A stretch of 64,000 nt of DNA from Candidatus Gottesmanbacteria bacterium (GTDB lineage Bacteria; Patescibacteriota; Microgenomatia; UBA10105; UBA927): positions 2,057 to 66,056 of the forward strand of contig JAHFKN010000001.1 of the NCBI GenBank assembly GCA_023245355.1, written 5' to 3'. Both the position numbers and the translations under genes were made by a program. Below, piece after piece: positions 47,456-57,818 of this stretch. The stretch's first letter is position 1. Every line of letters starts with the position of its first letter. A model generated the notes under the pieces. It saw only the letters and a list, made by a program, of their open reading frames with translations. It made no database searches and was not told where the DNA came from.

Positions 47456-47902
47456 ATGAAACGCAAGGATAGTTCTGAATCAGGGCAGACGCTGCTGGAA
47501 TTGGTCGTTGCCATAGGTGTGGTTGCGATTGTCATCACTGCATTGGTTGCAGCAGTTACCGCGTCACTGCGGTACAGTCGGGCCACACAGTTACGGAGCC
47601 GCGGGGTGAAATATGCGCAGGAAGGATTAGAATTGGCGCGTAAACTCCGGGATATCAGCACCTGGGACGTGTTTCAGGGATATGCGGTCGGCGGAGGTGA
47701 TTGGTGTCTGGATGAATCGGGTACCTGGACGGTCGATGCATCAAGCGGAGCCTGTCCCTTAAGTGCATCGAATAATTTCTGGAGAACCATTCATTTTGCA
47801 TGGAACGACCCGACGATGGATGTAACCGTTAGGGTAAGCTGGGGAGAACGGAACGTGCCGTCTACCGTCGAACTTAAGACATATTTTACTCATTGGAAAT
47901 AA
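47456..47902 (+). CDS. Minor pilin (PilV-like)
   Basis: G/QTLLELVVA signal; V.V.VSW near the C-terminus. Confidence 0.85.
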   Translation: MKRKDSSESGQTLLELVVAIGVVAIVITALVAAVTASLRYSRATQLRSRGVKYAQEGLELARKLRDISTWDVFQGYAVGGGDWCLDESGTWTVDASSGACPLSASNNFWRTIHFAWNDPTMDVTVRVSWGERNVPSTVELKTYFTHWK

Positions 47903-47907
47903 TTACT

Positions 47908-48459
47908 ATGAAACATAAGCCTACCCAAACCGGTTTTACATTGCTTGAAATGGTTGTCTCCATTGCGATCGTTGCGATGGTGTCCGTCGTATTAAGCCAG
48001 GTGTTTATTTCCACATTGCGGACGAATACAAAGTCTGAAATCCTCAAAGATATGAAGCAAACCGGAGAAATTGCTCTGGAAACCATGGTGCGATTAATTC
48101 AGAATGCAAAAAGCGTTACGACTGCGTGCGATTACGCGGGCTCTGCAAGCCAGTCACTGATACTCATCAATTCCGATGACGGGCAGACGACACTCGAGTG
48201 TATATATGACGGATCCATAACCCGTCTGGCATCCACAAGCGCGCAGGGCGTGGAGTATCTGACAACTCCGAACGTGACGATGGGCGGTGCCTCATGTGCG
48301 GCGAGCACGCTTTCTTTCGTGTGTAAGGGCGGAGCGGGAGTGTCGTCCAGCGTTACCATAAGTTTCCGTCTGGCCCAATCAGGGGTAGCAGCCGGAGTGT
48401 TTGAACAATCCAGTGAAACGTTTCAGACGTCGGCCGGCATGCGCAATATCGCACAATAA
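47908..48459 (+). CDS. Minor pilin (PilW/PulJ-like)
   Basis: G/FTLLEMVV signal. Confidence 0.85.
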   Translation: MKHKPTQTGFTLLEMVVSIAIVAMVSVVLSQVFISTLRTNTKSEILKDMKQTGEIALETMVRLIQNAKSVTTACDYAGSASQSLILINSDDGQTTLECIYDGSITRLASTSAQGVEYLTTPNVTMGGASCAASTLSFVCKGGAGVSSSVTISFRLAQSGVAAGVFEQSSETFQTSAGMRNIAQ

Positions 48460-48480
48460 TTTGGTTCCCTTGCCAAGGTA

Positions 48481-49374
48481 ATGAAAATATATAACAATAG
48501 ATATATGAAGATGCACAGGGGAAAATCATACAGGCATCAGCAGGGACAGATACTGCTTATTACGCTTCTTGTTCTGACAGTTGCAACCACGATTGCACTT
48601 TCCCTTATCGGCAGAGCAACAATCGATTTATCCATGAGCAACCAGCTGGAAGAATCGACGCGCGCGTTTAATGCAGCCGAGGCCGGAGTTGAACAGGCCC
48701 TCAAATCCGGTTTGGGTACGAACGGGCCGGCGGTGTTAACCAACGGAGTGACGTATGACGTAACGGTGAATACGATAGGAGGAGCTGCCGGTGTATATCA
48801 GCTTCCGCATCAGACTCCGCAGAATGTGACGGAGACAATATGGCTGGTAGAACATGATCCGATTACCAATGAGGTGGTTGAATCTAAGTTTTACACCTCA
48901 CCGACCATTAATCTTTGCTGGAGTCAGGGGGTTAATCCGAATCCGAGCGCAGGACTCGTTGTCGCCGTTTTGTATAAATCAGGTGTAGATAATTCGTATC
49001 AGGTAGCCCGGATGGCAGTGGATCCGAACGCAGCGACGAACAATAATAATTTTGACGCTACGGGAATCACTGCTGCAGGATGCGGACTCGGGTATTTACA
49101 GAAACAGGTTAATTTTACGACGCTGGGAATTACCGTCGGAGTAGGTGTCGGAGCCGATACGCTGATCGCTCTCCGCGTGCGTCCGGTATATGCGGATACG
49201 ACTATTGCCCTCGACGGAGGGGCCGCCGTGTTGCCAAAGCAGGGAAATGAAATTCAGTCAACCGGAGCGACGGGGACGGGTGTCAGCCGCAAAGTGGTTG
49301 TATTTCAGCAGTATCGCGCTCCCCTTTCGATATTCGATTCGGTCATATACAGTCAGTCATCGTTTGGACATTAG
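48481..49374 (+). CDS. PilX-like minor pilin
   Basis: G/QILLITLL (no Glu5) and AFNAAEAGVE.AL, typical of a PilX N-terminus. The true start may be 48505 or 48511. Confidence 0.82.
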   Translation: MKIYNNRYMKMHRGKSYRHQQGQILLITLLVLTVATTIALSLIGRATIDLSMSNQLEESTRAFNAAEAGVEQALKSGLGTNGPAVLTNGVTYDVTVNTIGGAAGVYQLPHQTPQNVTETIWLVEHDPITNEVVESKFYTSPTINLCWSQGVNPNPSAGLVVAVLYKSGVDNSYQVARMAVDPNAATNNNNFDATGITAAGCGLGYLQKQVNFTTLGITVGVGVGADTLIALRVRPVYADTTIALDGGAAVLPKQGNEIQSTGATGTGVSRKVVVFQQYRAPLSIFDSVIYSQSSFGH

Positions 49375-49531
49375 AGATGCTGCCCAGCGCCTGGTCATAG
49401 AGTTTTGTACGCCGTATACGTCATTGGTACATAAGGATACGGAAATATGCCTCGCTTTGGGTAGTGTGTTTATAAAGAAAGGATACGGAATATTCTGATT
49501 GCCATACAACAATCGGAAGTTCACACGCACT

Positions 49532-50557
49532 ATGAAATCCCTGATAGGTCTTGATATAGGATCCCACAGTATTAAGCTTATTGAAATCGGCTCTTCCGGT
49601 TCAGAACGGCATCTGCTTGCTGCCGGAAGTATTCCTACACCTCCGAAAGCGCTGCAGTCTACGCTTGAAGCGGATCATCAGGCTGTGGGCATGGCAATCA
49701 AACAGCTTATGAAAGAGACGGGAGCCAAATCAAGCTCCGTAGCGTTTGCGCTGCCGGAATCTCAGGTATTTACCCGTGTCATCGAAGTGCCGGCGCTTTC
49801 CCAGCGGGAATTGTCCAGCGCTATCGGGTGGGAAGCCGAGCAATATATTCCCTTGCCGCTCGATCAGGTGAATTTGGATTATTCGGTGCTGCGGGATGCT
49901 AAAGAGACCGGGACGAATAAAATGGATGTATTGCTGGTTGCCAGCCCGAAGACATTACTGGAGAAATATTTATCCATTATTGAAATGGCAGAATTAATTC
50001 CTGTTGCCGCCGAAACGGAAATCATCGCAACCGCACGGGCATTAGTCCGCTCGGTTGCATCTATCAAAAATGCAGCCCTTCTTGTCTCTCTCGGCGCACA
50101 GACGACCGATCTGGCGATTCTGCGCGGAGGAGTATTGGCCTTTACCCGTTCCATAGCTGCCGGAGGGGAAGCATTGTCACGTGCGCTCGTATCCGGACTG
50201 GATTTCAATGTAAATCAGGCCGAGGAATTTAAGCGGACGTACGGTTTGGAACAGGATAAACTGCAGGGTAAAATCGTGACCGCCGTTAAACCCATTATGG
50301 ATACGATTATCGGGGAAATGAAACGCGCACTCGCCTATTACGGGGAAAAACACAAAGATGAACGCGTGGAAGTAACGTTGTTATCCGGCGGTACCGCAAA
50401 ACTTCCGGGTATGGTGGTATACATCGCGCAAAACGTCGGCGTCGAAACTCAACTGGCTAATCCATGGGTCGGGATCAAACGTGATGCCCGGTTTGCGGTT
50501 TTGGATAAGGAAGGCGCGACATTCACCGTGGCGGTCGGACTCGCTCTTCGGGAGTAG
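49532..50557 (+). CDS. pilM: Type IV pilus assembly protein PilM
   Basis: IGLDIGSHSIK, EAEQYIP, LSGGTAKLPG, NPW, VAVGLALR (actin-like fold). Confidence 0.93.
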   Translation: MKSLIGLDIGSHSIKLIEIGSSGSERHLLAAGSIPTPPKALQSTLEADHQAVGMAIKQLMKETGAKSSSVAFALPESQVFTRVIEVPALSQRELSSAIGWEAEQYIPLPLDQVNLDYSVLRDAKETGTNKMDVLLVASPKTLLEKYLSIIEMAELIPVAAETEIIATARALVRSVASIKNAALLVSLGAQTTDLAILRGGVLAFTRSIAAGGEALSRALVSGLDFNVNQAEEFKRTYGLEQDKLQGKIVTAVKPIMDTIIGEMKRALAYYGEKHKDERVEVTLLSGGTAKLPGMVVYIAQNVGVETQLANPWVGIKRDARFAVLDKEGATFTVAVGLALRE

Positions 50558-50564
50558 ATGGCGC

Positions 50565-51107
50565 ATGAGTAACTCACCAATCAATCTCATCAAGAAAGAC
50601 GTCAGCAGTTTTCGGAAGTTATCTGTTATCGAAGATAAACTGAGACTTGCCACCTGGTGGTTTTTGGGGGTGCTGTTCGTTATAGGACTCGGAATCGGCA
50701 TCAGCTTTTTTCTTATCAGCGCACGGATGAGAGATCTGGAAAGCAGGAAAGTCGAGCTTACGAAACAGATAAACCTTCAGAATGTAAAAGAAGGCATTCT
50801 GCTTTCACTCAAGGAACGCACGTCTATTGCCGGTAAGGCGCTTGATGCCGCAAAACCCTGGGGTAAACTGTTTACCCTGCTTGTCGCTATTGCCGATGAG
50901 ACGAACTATAACTCACTGAGCATCGAAGAATCGGGCAGAGTTACGACGGTGTTAAATCTCGTGAATATCGATGATGCGGTCTTAGTGATTTCCAATACCA
51001 TGAGTTTGGTGCAGGAAAAGTCGCTGCGTTCACCGCAGCTTGTGTCTTTTACGTTTAAAGATGACGGGACGGTGCAGGTCAGCTTATCGTTTGTTCCGGT
51101 TTTTTAA
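50565..51107 (+). CDS. PilN-like protein
   Basis: INLI motif at the N-terminus, one TM helix and a coiled coil; follows pilM. Confidence 0.7.
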   Translation: MSNSPINLIKKDVSSFRKLSVIEDKLRLATWWFLGVLFVIGLGIGISFFLISARMRDLESRKVELTKQINLQNVKEGILLSLKERTSIAGKALDAAKPWGKLFTLLVAIADETNYNSLSIEESGRVTTVLNLVNIDDAVLVISNTMSLVQEKSLRSPQLVSFTFKDDGTVQVSLSFVPVF

Positions 51108-51112
51108 CACAT

Positions 51113-51853
51113 ATGCCGCCACTGGATAAATTTTTTCGGACATATCAGAATATTCTTGTTTCCTCAGCACTTCTTGTGTTTTGTGTTATCGGTGTGATAT
51201 TCGGAGTCGCCCCGTCCGCGTTGAAAATTCAGGAACTTGCCGCACAAGCAAAGGATGTTTCCGAGCAGACGAGCGGACTTCAGAAAAAGCTTGATACGTT
51301 AATCAATCTGGATGAAGACACGCTCCGCAGGCAGTTAACGGACGTCCTCTCTGCTGTTCCTGCCGAACGGTCGTTTCCTACGCTTTTTGAGACGGTAGAA
51401 GGTATTGCCGCACGGAGCGGGGCAACCGTGTTACAGATGCATCTTTCAGGAGGAACCACGCTTGCCACCCCGTCAGCCGCAAAGGTTTCTGCTGCCGATA
51501 AAAAATTGGGAACGCGTACCATCCCGTTCTCGGTCACGATCAGCGGCTCACTTCAGGCAGTGCAGGAGTTTATCACGTTGGCTCCGAAAGTCAGGAGACT
51601 TCTTCGGATCCGTACATTTTCCATTTCATTCCCGCGTGATGTTCGGCCGTTGTCCGTCGCCATAGAAATGGACGCGTTTTATGAGCCGCTCCCGACGAGT
51701 TTAGGAACCGCCAAGGCTATCTTGCCGCAGCTTACTGCCGCAGACGAGGATATTATCAGTAAACTCGGCCAACTTCCGCTTATAGCGCAGGAGAACGGGG
51801 AATTGCCTCCTCCGCTTATCGGCCGCGTGAAAGACGATCCTTTTGCGCCTTGA
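51113..51853 (+). CDS. PilO-like protein
   Basis: TM helix plus coiled coil, G....V..FI....RLL.I, C-terminal DPF; follows pilN. Confidence 0.7.
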   Translation: MPPLDKFFRTYQNILVSSALLVFCVIGVIFGVAPSALKIQELAAQAKDVSEQTSGLQKKLDTLINLDEDTLRRQLTDVLSAVPAERSFPTLFETVEGIAARSGATVLQMHLSGGTTLATPSAAKVSAADKKLGTRTIPFSVTISGSLQAVQEFITLAPKVRRLLRIRTFSISFPRDVRPLSVAIEMDAFYEPLPTSLGTAKAILPQLTAADEDIISKLGQLPLIAQENGELPPPLIGRVKDDPFAP

Positions 51854-52526
51854 GGAGATCCGGCCGCCGCTTTTTTGTGCGGGCCATGGCTTCTTTTATT
51901 TTCCACGCTTCAATCTTGGCGTGATTTCCGGATAAAAGGATGGCAGGTACGCGTTGATCCCGGTATGCTTCCGGTCTGGTATAGTGCGGATATTCCAGTA
52001 TTCCCGATTCAAACGATTCATTTACGGTGGCATCTTCCTTGAGCAGTACGCCCGGCAGCAAACGTGTTACGGAATCGGTCAATACCATAGCAGGAATTTC
52101 CCCGCCGGTCAGGACGTAATCTCCTATGGAAATTTCTTCGTCGACCAAATCCCGTACACGCTCATCGACTCCTTCATAGTGGCCGCAAAGCAGGATAAGG
52201 TGCGTATACCGGCTCAGGTCTCTGGCTTTTTTCTGTGCGTACGGAGCGCCTTGAGGGGTGAGCAGGATAACCCGCTCTGTTTTGGCGGTTTCTTTGCCGC
52301 TTCTGGCAGATTGGATTGCCCGGTCCATAACATCAACCCGCAGCACCATGCCTGTACCCCCGCCGTACGGGTGGTCGTCTACCGATCCGTATGCGTCGAT
52401 AGCAAAATCCCGCAGTTGTATAAGATTAATCTCAAGTTTTCCGCGCTGAATTGCCCGTTTGACAATGGAAGAGTCAAATACTCCGGAAAACATTTCCGGG
52501 AATAAGGTGATAATGGAGATACGCAT
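51816..52526 (-). CDS. trmD: tRNA (guanine37-N1)-methyltransferase
   Basis: TLFPEMF, DDHPYGGG.GM, CGHYEGVDER, SIGDYVLTGGE, LEYPHYTRP, LLSGNH. Confidence 0.98.
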   Translation of the reverse strand: MRISIITLFPEMFSGVFDSSIVKRAIQRGKLEINLIQLRDFAIDAYGSVDDHPYGGGTGMVLRVDVMDRAIQSARSGKETAKTERVILLTPQGAPYAQKKARDLSRYTHLILLCGHYEGVDERVRDLVDEEISIGDYVLTGGEIPAMVLTDSVTRLLPGVLLKEDATVNESFESGILEYPHYTRPEAYRDQRVPAILLSGNHAKIEAWKIKEAMARTKKRRPDLLKAQKDRLSRGR

Positions 52527-52529
52527 ATC

Positions 52530-52778
52530 TCACTCTTGAGGAGGCGCGTCTTCTGCTATTTCGACATCGACGTAAATGTTGCGTTTGGCTGCGATTACTT
52601 TCATGAGGTCACGCAGGGCACGGATTATGCGGCCGCTTTTGCCGATAACTTTCCCGATATCATCCTGATGCGTGTGGATCGTAAGAATCGTCGCTTCGCC
52701 GTCTACGCGCTCATCAATGACGATGCTTTCGGGATGATCGACCAGCGAACGGATGAAGAAATCGAGTGTGTCTTTCAT
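52530..52778 (-). CDS. khpA: KH-domain RNA-binding protein
   Basis: LVDHPE, DIGKVIGKSGRIIRALR; rpsP-khpA-trmD synteny. Confidence 0.9.
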   Translation of the reverse strand: MKDTLDFFIRSLVDHPESIVIDERVDGEATILTIHTHQDDIGKVIGKSGRIIRALRDLMKVIAAKRNIYVDVEIAEDAPPQE

Positions 52779-53009
52779 TTAGATTTTTTCGATCAGGCGC
52801 GAAACTCCGGTCGTTACCACGGCTCCCTGGCTCTGCCAATAGGACAAGCGTGCGCGGTCAACGGAAAATTGTGCAGGTTTGACGAGCGGGTTATAAAATC
52901 CCAGGACTTCCACAGGCGTTCCGTTGCGTCTTTTGCCTTCTTCTATAGCCACAATCCGATATGTGCGTCGGTTTTTGGCTCCGTATTGTGCTAAACGAAT
53001 CTTTACCAT
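52779..53009 (-). CDS. rpsP: 30S ribosomal protein S16
   Basis: MVKIRL...G.K....YRIV......R.G..VE.LG.YNP. Confidence 0.97.
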   Translation of the reverse strand: MVKIRLAQYGAKNRRTYRIVAIEEGKRRNGTPVEVLGFYNPLVKPAQFSVDRARLSYWQSQGAVVTTGVSRLIEKI

Positions 53010-53024
53010 AGAGGTATTATTCTA

Positions 53025-53711
53025 TCAGATATCCCCGTTCTTCTCAAGCGCATTCTGAGCTGCGTGCTGTTCGGCATCCTGTTTGGACTTTCCCACACCC
53101 TCTCCGAGGATTTTATCGCCCGTGCTGACTTCTATCCAGAAGGTTTTATTGTGATCCGGTCCCTCGCTTTTTGTGACGCGGTAGGTAGGAGAAACCTTGA
53201 GTTTTTCCTGCGTCAGTTCCTGCAACAGGCTTTTGAAATCTACATAGCTTTTTGTCGCGATGATCGTCTCGGCCTTGTACAGAAGATGCGTTAACAGGAA
53301 TTGTTTTGCAGGCTCGATACCCTGATCCAGAAAAATTGCTCCTAAGAGGGCTTCGAAACAGTCAGCCAGAAGTGATTCGTTGATACGACCTCCGGAAGAC
53401 TCCTCCCCCCGGCTTAACAGCAGCAGGTTCCCTAGTCCCAGGTCGGAGGCAACCGTTCCTAGACTTTTGGTTTTCACGAGGGTTGAGCGGATGTTTGTGA
53501 GCGTACCTTCCGGGTACTGCGGATAGGTTGTATACAGATATTGTGACGTAATAAATGATAATACCGCGTCCCCTAAAAACTCCAACCGCTCGTTTGATTC
53601 CTTGAATTCTTTGGATTCATTGAGGTGCGAACGGTGGATAAATGCCTGCTGAAGAAGGTTTGCGTTTGTAAACGTAACGCCGATTTTTGCCTGTAAATCA
53701 TCAAGAGTCAT
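53025..53711 (-). CDS. rnc: Ribonuclease III
   Basis: NERLEFLGDAVL, ADCFEALLGA, dsRBD GPDH.K.F. Confidence 0.97.
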   Translation of the reverse strand: MTLDDLQAKIGVTFTNANLLQQAFIHRSHLNESKEFKESNERLEFLGDAVLSFITSQYLYTTYPQYPEGTLTNIRSTLVKTKSLGTVASDLGLGNLLLLSRGEESSGGRINESLLADCFEALLGAIFLDQGIEPAKQFLLTHLLYKAETIIATKSYVDFKSLLQELTQEKLKVSPTYRVTKSEGPDHNKTFWIEVSTGDKILGEGVGKSKQDAEQHAAQNALEKNGDI

Positions 53712-54072
53712 GGGTTTTTCCCTCCGTTTCTTTGATAATGGTGCCGAGTACGCCGTTTATAAATTTGGCGCTGTGTTCATTGCCGAACGATTTGGCGAGT
53801 TCCACCGCTTCATCGATGACGACTTTTGGAGGAGTTGAGCCGTCGAACACGATTTCCCATACGGCAAGACGCAAAATTGCCAGATCGATTTTTGCTATTT
53901 TCGGTAATGGCCATTCGGAAGCGGCTTTTTCGATATATCCGTCAACGTCAGAAAGCCGTTCGATAATCGGTGCCGTTTCTTCGTGCGGAGGCACAGGGCG
54001 GAAGCTGTAACTGAATAGTTGCTGCATCCTCGTTATGCGCTTTTGATGTCGGGGGTCATTTGCGGTTTTCAT
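53701..54072 (-). CDS. nusB: Transcription antitermination factor NusB
   Basis: IDLAILRLA..E, PPKVVIDEAVELAK.FG...S.KFINGVL. Confidence 0.95.
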   Translation of the reverse strand: MKTANDPRHQKRITRMQQLFSYSFRPVPPHEETAPIIERLSDVDGYIEKAASEWPLPKIAKIDLAILRLAVWEIVFDGSTPPKVVIDEAVELAKSFGNEHSAKFINGVLGTIIKETEGKTHDS

Positions 54073-54155
54073 GAAACCTAATATCGCGAATTAGTGTATT
54101 GATACGCGTTAATTTCCGGGTGGGTAATGAACAAATACCAATCAACTATTCGTGT

Positions 54156-54356
54156 TTATGAGCTTTTCGCTTTTTTCTCTTTTTTGATGACGACGGCCTT
54201 GCCTGCATAGAATCCGCAAAATTTACATGCGCGGTGAGACATTCTGGGTTTGCCGCAGTTTGAGCAAACCAATAAGCCCGGCAATTTCATACGGATGCTG
54301 GCATCCCGTTTGCCCTGGCGTCGTGTACTGTGTCTTCGTTTTGGTAGTGGTGTCAT
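54156..54356 (-). other. rpmF: 50S ribosomal protein L32
   Basis: PKRRHS..R..KR, CSNCG....HRAC..CG.Y. Confidence 0.95.
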
Positions 54357-54379
54357 AAGAAAACAATACAACCCCGTTA

Positions 54380-56440
54380 TCAGGATTGGATATTGTCTAT
54401 TTTACTCTCCCGGGACCATTCTCTCAAGTAGGGAAACCGCCCGAGCTCCGGATCATCCTCCAGCAGGCCGGTTACGGCTGACTGGACGCGCGAAACAAGT
54501 ACCGTGTCAGACAGTGTCGCCACGGTAAATCCTGGGAGGCCATGCTGACGGGTTCCGAATAGTTCACCGGGACCGCGGAGTGTAAGATCGAGTTCCGCTA
54601 ACTCCGGTCCGCTATGTACGGACTCCAGTGCTTTAAGGCGTGTTAACACCTCCGGTGATTCATTTTCGGTAAACAATAAACAATAAGATGGTTTTTCCCG
54701 CCTGCCTACTCTCCCCCGGAGCTGATGGAGTTGGGAAAGGCCGAACCGCTCGGATGCTTCGATGACCATAATGGTTGCTTCGGGGATATCTATGCCGACC
54801 TCTACCACGGGAGTTGCAACCAGCAGATCAATGTGCCGGTCGTGCATGCGGGTTAACGTGTCCGTTTTTTCTTCGGCCTTCATTCTCCCGTGCAACAGTC
54901 CTACCCGGAGCGGCGCGAAAACATCTTTCAGTTTGGCAAATTCGGTTGTTGCCGCTTTTACCGACGTAAGCGTTTCCGATTCTTCAATAAGCGGGCAGAT
55001 GATGAATGCCTGTGAATGCGTAGATTCAAGCTCTTTTTTCATCCACTGATAGGCCGATTCCCGCTTGGATTTCGGAACCACCCAGGTTTTTACTGTTTTG
55101 CGGCCGCTGGGCATAGTATGGAGCACGCTCATATCGAGATTGCCGAATGCCGTCTGTGCAATTGTTCTGGGGATGGGAGTCGCCGTCATGGAAAGCTGGT
55201 GCGGTACGAGGTTTCCGTGAGTATGTTCCCGCAGTGCCGCCCGCTGAGCCACTCCGAACCGCTGCTGTTCATCGATGACGATACATCCGAAATTCGGCAG
55301 CTTGCGGTCTTTTGAAAGAAGCGCATGCGTTCCTACATATACTCCCGGCGTTTTAGGAAATGTGTGAACGCCCTGCTTTTTCGTGCCTCCGAGAATTAAA
55401 TGAACGGGAATACCGTGCGCTTTTTCCAATATCAGCTGCAGCGTTTTGGCATGCTGCTCTGCAAGTATCTGAGTAGGTGCCAGAAGCGCAGAGTTATCCC
55501 CATGGATAAACGCGGCATACATGCCTGCCGCTGCAACTACAGTTTTCCCGGCCCCCACGTCTCCCTCCAACAGTCTGTTCATGGGTACCGGGTGAGCCAT
55601 GTCGGATGTAATTTCACTGATTGCCTGATTCTGATCGGACGTCAACGTAAACGGCAGCAGACTGACAAAACGCTGCAGCTGCGTTTTGCTTATAGGCAGT
55701 GCTTTTGCTTTGAGAGTAGTTTTCCACAGGTGCTTCTGTCGGCGGCTCCGCAGAATAAGAAGGAATAATTCGTCGAATGCGAGCCGCTCCCGTGCACGGG
55801 CTGCTGTTTCTGCGGAATCCGGAAAATGGATAATCCGTATCGCCTCACTAAGACTCAGGAGGTTCTGTTTTGTCCGTATGGTTTCCGGTATCCGGTCGGT
55901 AACCTGCGGCAGACATTGTTCAAGGACGAACGCGATTCTGCCGCGGAGCCATTTTGATGACAATCCCTCTGTTTCCGGATATACCGGAACCAAGCGGCCT
56001 GTGTGCAGGCTCGTGTGTTCCTCCCCTGCTGTTTTGAGCACTTCATATTCCGGAGAGGAGAGGACGATTTTTTGTCCGAACCAGTCAATTTTACCCGAGG
56101 CGCTTAACATATCTCCGGTGTGAAGTGTTTTGACTAAATACATCTGGTTAAACCATGAAATATCAATTGCCCCGCTCTCGTCACGCAGGCGTCCCATTAC
56201 CAGGCGTTTGCCGTTTTTTGTAATAAACGCGCGTATGTACTCAAGCGTGCCGACGACAGTTACAATTTCTCCCGGCTGTACCCGGGAGATAGGAGAAACC
56301 AATGAATAGTCTTTGTACCGGAACGGTACATAGGTAAGCAGGTCGTAAACGGTTTCTATGCCGATTCTTTTAAGCAATGTGGCCATGCGGGGACCCACCC
56401 GGGGAACGTACTGTACGGGGGAAGTTAGGGTTAAATCCAT
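54380..56440 (-). CDS. recG: ATP-dependent DNA helicase RecG
   Basis: LLEGDVGAGKT, APTQILAEQH, DEQQRFG, MTATPIPRT, ERFGLSQLHQLRGRVGR, DL.LRGPGE..G.RQHG. Confidence 0.97.
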   Translation of the reverse strand: MDLTLTSPVQYVPRVGPRMATLLKRIGIETVYDLLTYVPFRYKDYSLVSPISRVQPGEIVTVVGTLEYIRAFITKNGKRLVMGRLRDESGAIDISWFNQMYLVKTLHTGDMLSASGKIDWFGQKIVLSSPEYEVLKTAGEEHTSLHTGRLVPVYPETEGLSSKWLRGRIAFVLEQCLPQVTDRIPETIRTKQNLLSLSEAIRIIHFPDSAETAARARERLAFDELFLLILRSRRQKHLWKTTLKAKALPISKTQLQRFVSLLPFTLTSDQNQAISEITSDMAHPVPMNRLLEGDVGAGKTVVAAAGMYAAFIHGDNSALLAPTQILAEQHAKTLQLILEKAHGIPVHLILGGTKKQGVHTFPKTPGVYVGTHALLSKDRKLPNFGCIVIDEQQRFGVAQRAALREHTHGNLVPHQLSMTATPIPRTIAQTAFGNLDMSVLHTMPSGRKTVKTWVVPKSKRESAYQWMKKELESTHSQAFIICPLIEESETLTSVKAATTEFAKLKDVFAPLRVGLLHGRMKAEEKTDTLTRMHDRHIDLLVATPVVEVGIDIPEATIMVIEASERFGLSQLHQLRGRVGRREKPSYCLLFTENESPEVLTRLKALESVHSGPELAELDLTLRGPGELFGTRQHGLPGFTVATLSDTVLVSRVQSAVTGLLEDDPELGRFPYLREWSRESKIDNIQS

Positions 56441-56485
56441 GAATCGTATTATATACTCTTATGCGGCTGCGGCGGCAAAAACGTA

Positions 56486-56596
56486 TCAGCGGAGTCCGCC
56501 GGCCAGAAACGGAACAAATGACGTCGCAACAAGTGCCACGCTGGAGAGTATGACGATGATTTTCCAGAATTTTTCGTGTTTGCGGAAAAAATTCAT
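56486..56596 (-). CDS. Small single-TM protein (36 aa)
   Basis: Manual translation MNFFRKHEKFWKIIVILSSVALVATSFVPFLAGGLR; starts 1 nt after the tyrS stop. Confidence 0.55.
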   Translation of the reverse strand: MNFFRKHEKFWKIIVILSSVALVATSFVPFLAGGLR

Positions 56597-56597
56597 A

Positions 56598-57785
56598 TCA
56601 GGATTCAATTTTAACAGCTTTTCGTCCGACTTCAATGGTGTCCCCTGCCCGTAACGCCGGCTCATCTTTGGGATTTGAAACCACGGCGCCGTTTATTTTT
56701 ACTGCTTTCTGCTCCACAAGACGCTTGGCTTCGGATTTGCTGGACAGAAGTCCGAATGCGACCAGTGTATCGGCAATCGTGCTCCGGGTTTTGAGCGTCC
56801 GCAATGAAACGACAGGTAATCTGGAATCGGCTACTCTGCCTTTCTGGAACCGTGTTTCAAATTCGGTCTGAGCCAAATCTGCGGCAGGCTGTGAATGCAG
56901 CTCCGTCACCATGCGGTGTGCGAGCTGCTTTTTGAGCGTCATGGGATTTTCTCCGTTTTTCAGGCGTGCTGCTATCGCTTCTATTTCCTCATGCGGAACG
57001 CTTGTCGCCAATGTGAAATACTGTTCAATCAGTTCATCCCGAAGCGACATGACCTTGCCGAACATTTCGTCGGGTTCATCAGTAAGCCATATGGCATTGC
57101 CCCAGCTTTTGCTCATTTTTCTGCCGTCGGTACCCTCTAAGAATCCGTTTGCGATGATAAAGGACTCTTTATTGCGGAGATCCTTCTGCAGAATACGGCC
57201 GGCCTGCATGTTAAACGTCTGGTCAGTGCCCCCGAGTTGGATATCCGTATCCATGAAATAACTGTCATATCCCTGCATTACCGGGTACAGTAATTCATGG
57301 AGACCTACTTTTTTTCCCTCCGTGAGGCGTTTTTTGATAAGCTCGCGCCCGACAAACTCACCGGCCGAAAAATGCTGAGTAAGTTTTACGATTTCCGTAA
57401 ACGCCAGTTTTTGGAGCCATTCGCTGTTAAACCGGACGGTTATCCTGGAAAAATCCAGTACTTTTTCCGCCTGCTTTTTGTAGGTTTCGAAGTTTGACCT
57501 GATTTGTTCGCTTGTCAGGACCGGGCGCTCGGCATCTTTATCCGACGTGTCCCCGATAAGCGCGGTGAAGTCTCCGATAAGAAACGTCACATTATGCCCG
57601 AGTTGGGAAAACGCGTTTAGTTTCCTCAAGGGGACCGCATGTCCGATATGAATATGCGTGGCGGTCGGATCAATCCCTAAATACACATTCAGCTTTTTTC
57701 CGCTGGCAAGAAGCTTCCGGAGCTTTTCCTTATCCGGAATAATATTTTCGACTCCCCGCGTGAGCAATTCTTCAATAGTGTCCAT
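56598..57785 (-). CDS. tyrS: Tyrosyl-tRNA synthetase
   Basis: GIDPT..HIHIGH, YPVMQGYD, GGTDQTFN, KMSKS, C-terminal S4 domain. Confidence 0.98.
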   Translation of the reverse strand: MDTIEELLTRGVENIIPDKEKLRKLLASGKKLNVYLGIDPTATHIHIGHAVPLRKLNAFSQLGHNVTFLIGDFTALIGDTSDKDAERPVLTSEQIRSNFETYKKQAEKVLDFSRITVRFNSEWLQKLAFTEIVKLTQHFSAGEFVGRELIKKRLTEGKKVGLHELLYPVMQGYDSYFMDTDIQLGGTDQTFNMQAGRILQKDLRNKESFIIANGFLEGTDGRKMSKSWGNAIWLTDEPDEMFGKVMSLRDELIEQYFTLATSVPHEEIEAIAARLKNGENPMTLKKQLAHRMVTELHSQPAADLAQTEFETRFQKGRVADSRLPVVSLRTLKTRSTIADTLVAFGLLSSKSEAKRLVEQKAVKINGAVVSNPKDEPALRAGDTIEVGRKAVKIES

Positions 57786-57818
57786 AGATTACCTCCTTTA
57801 TCTATATCACAGCCTATC

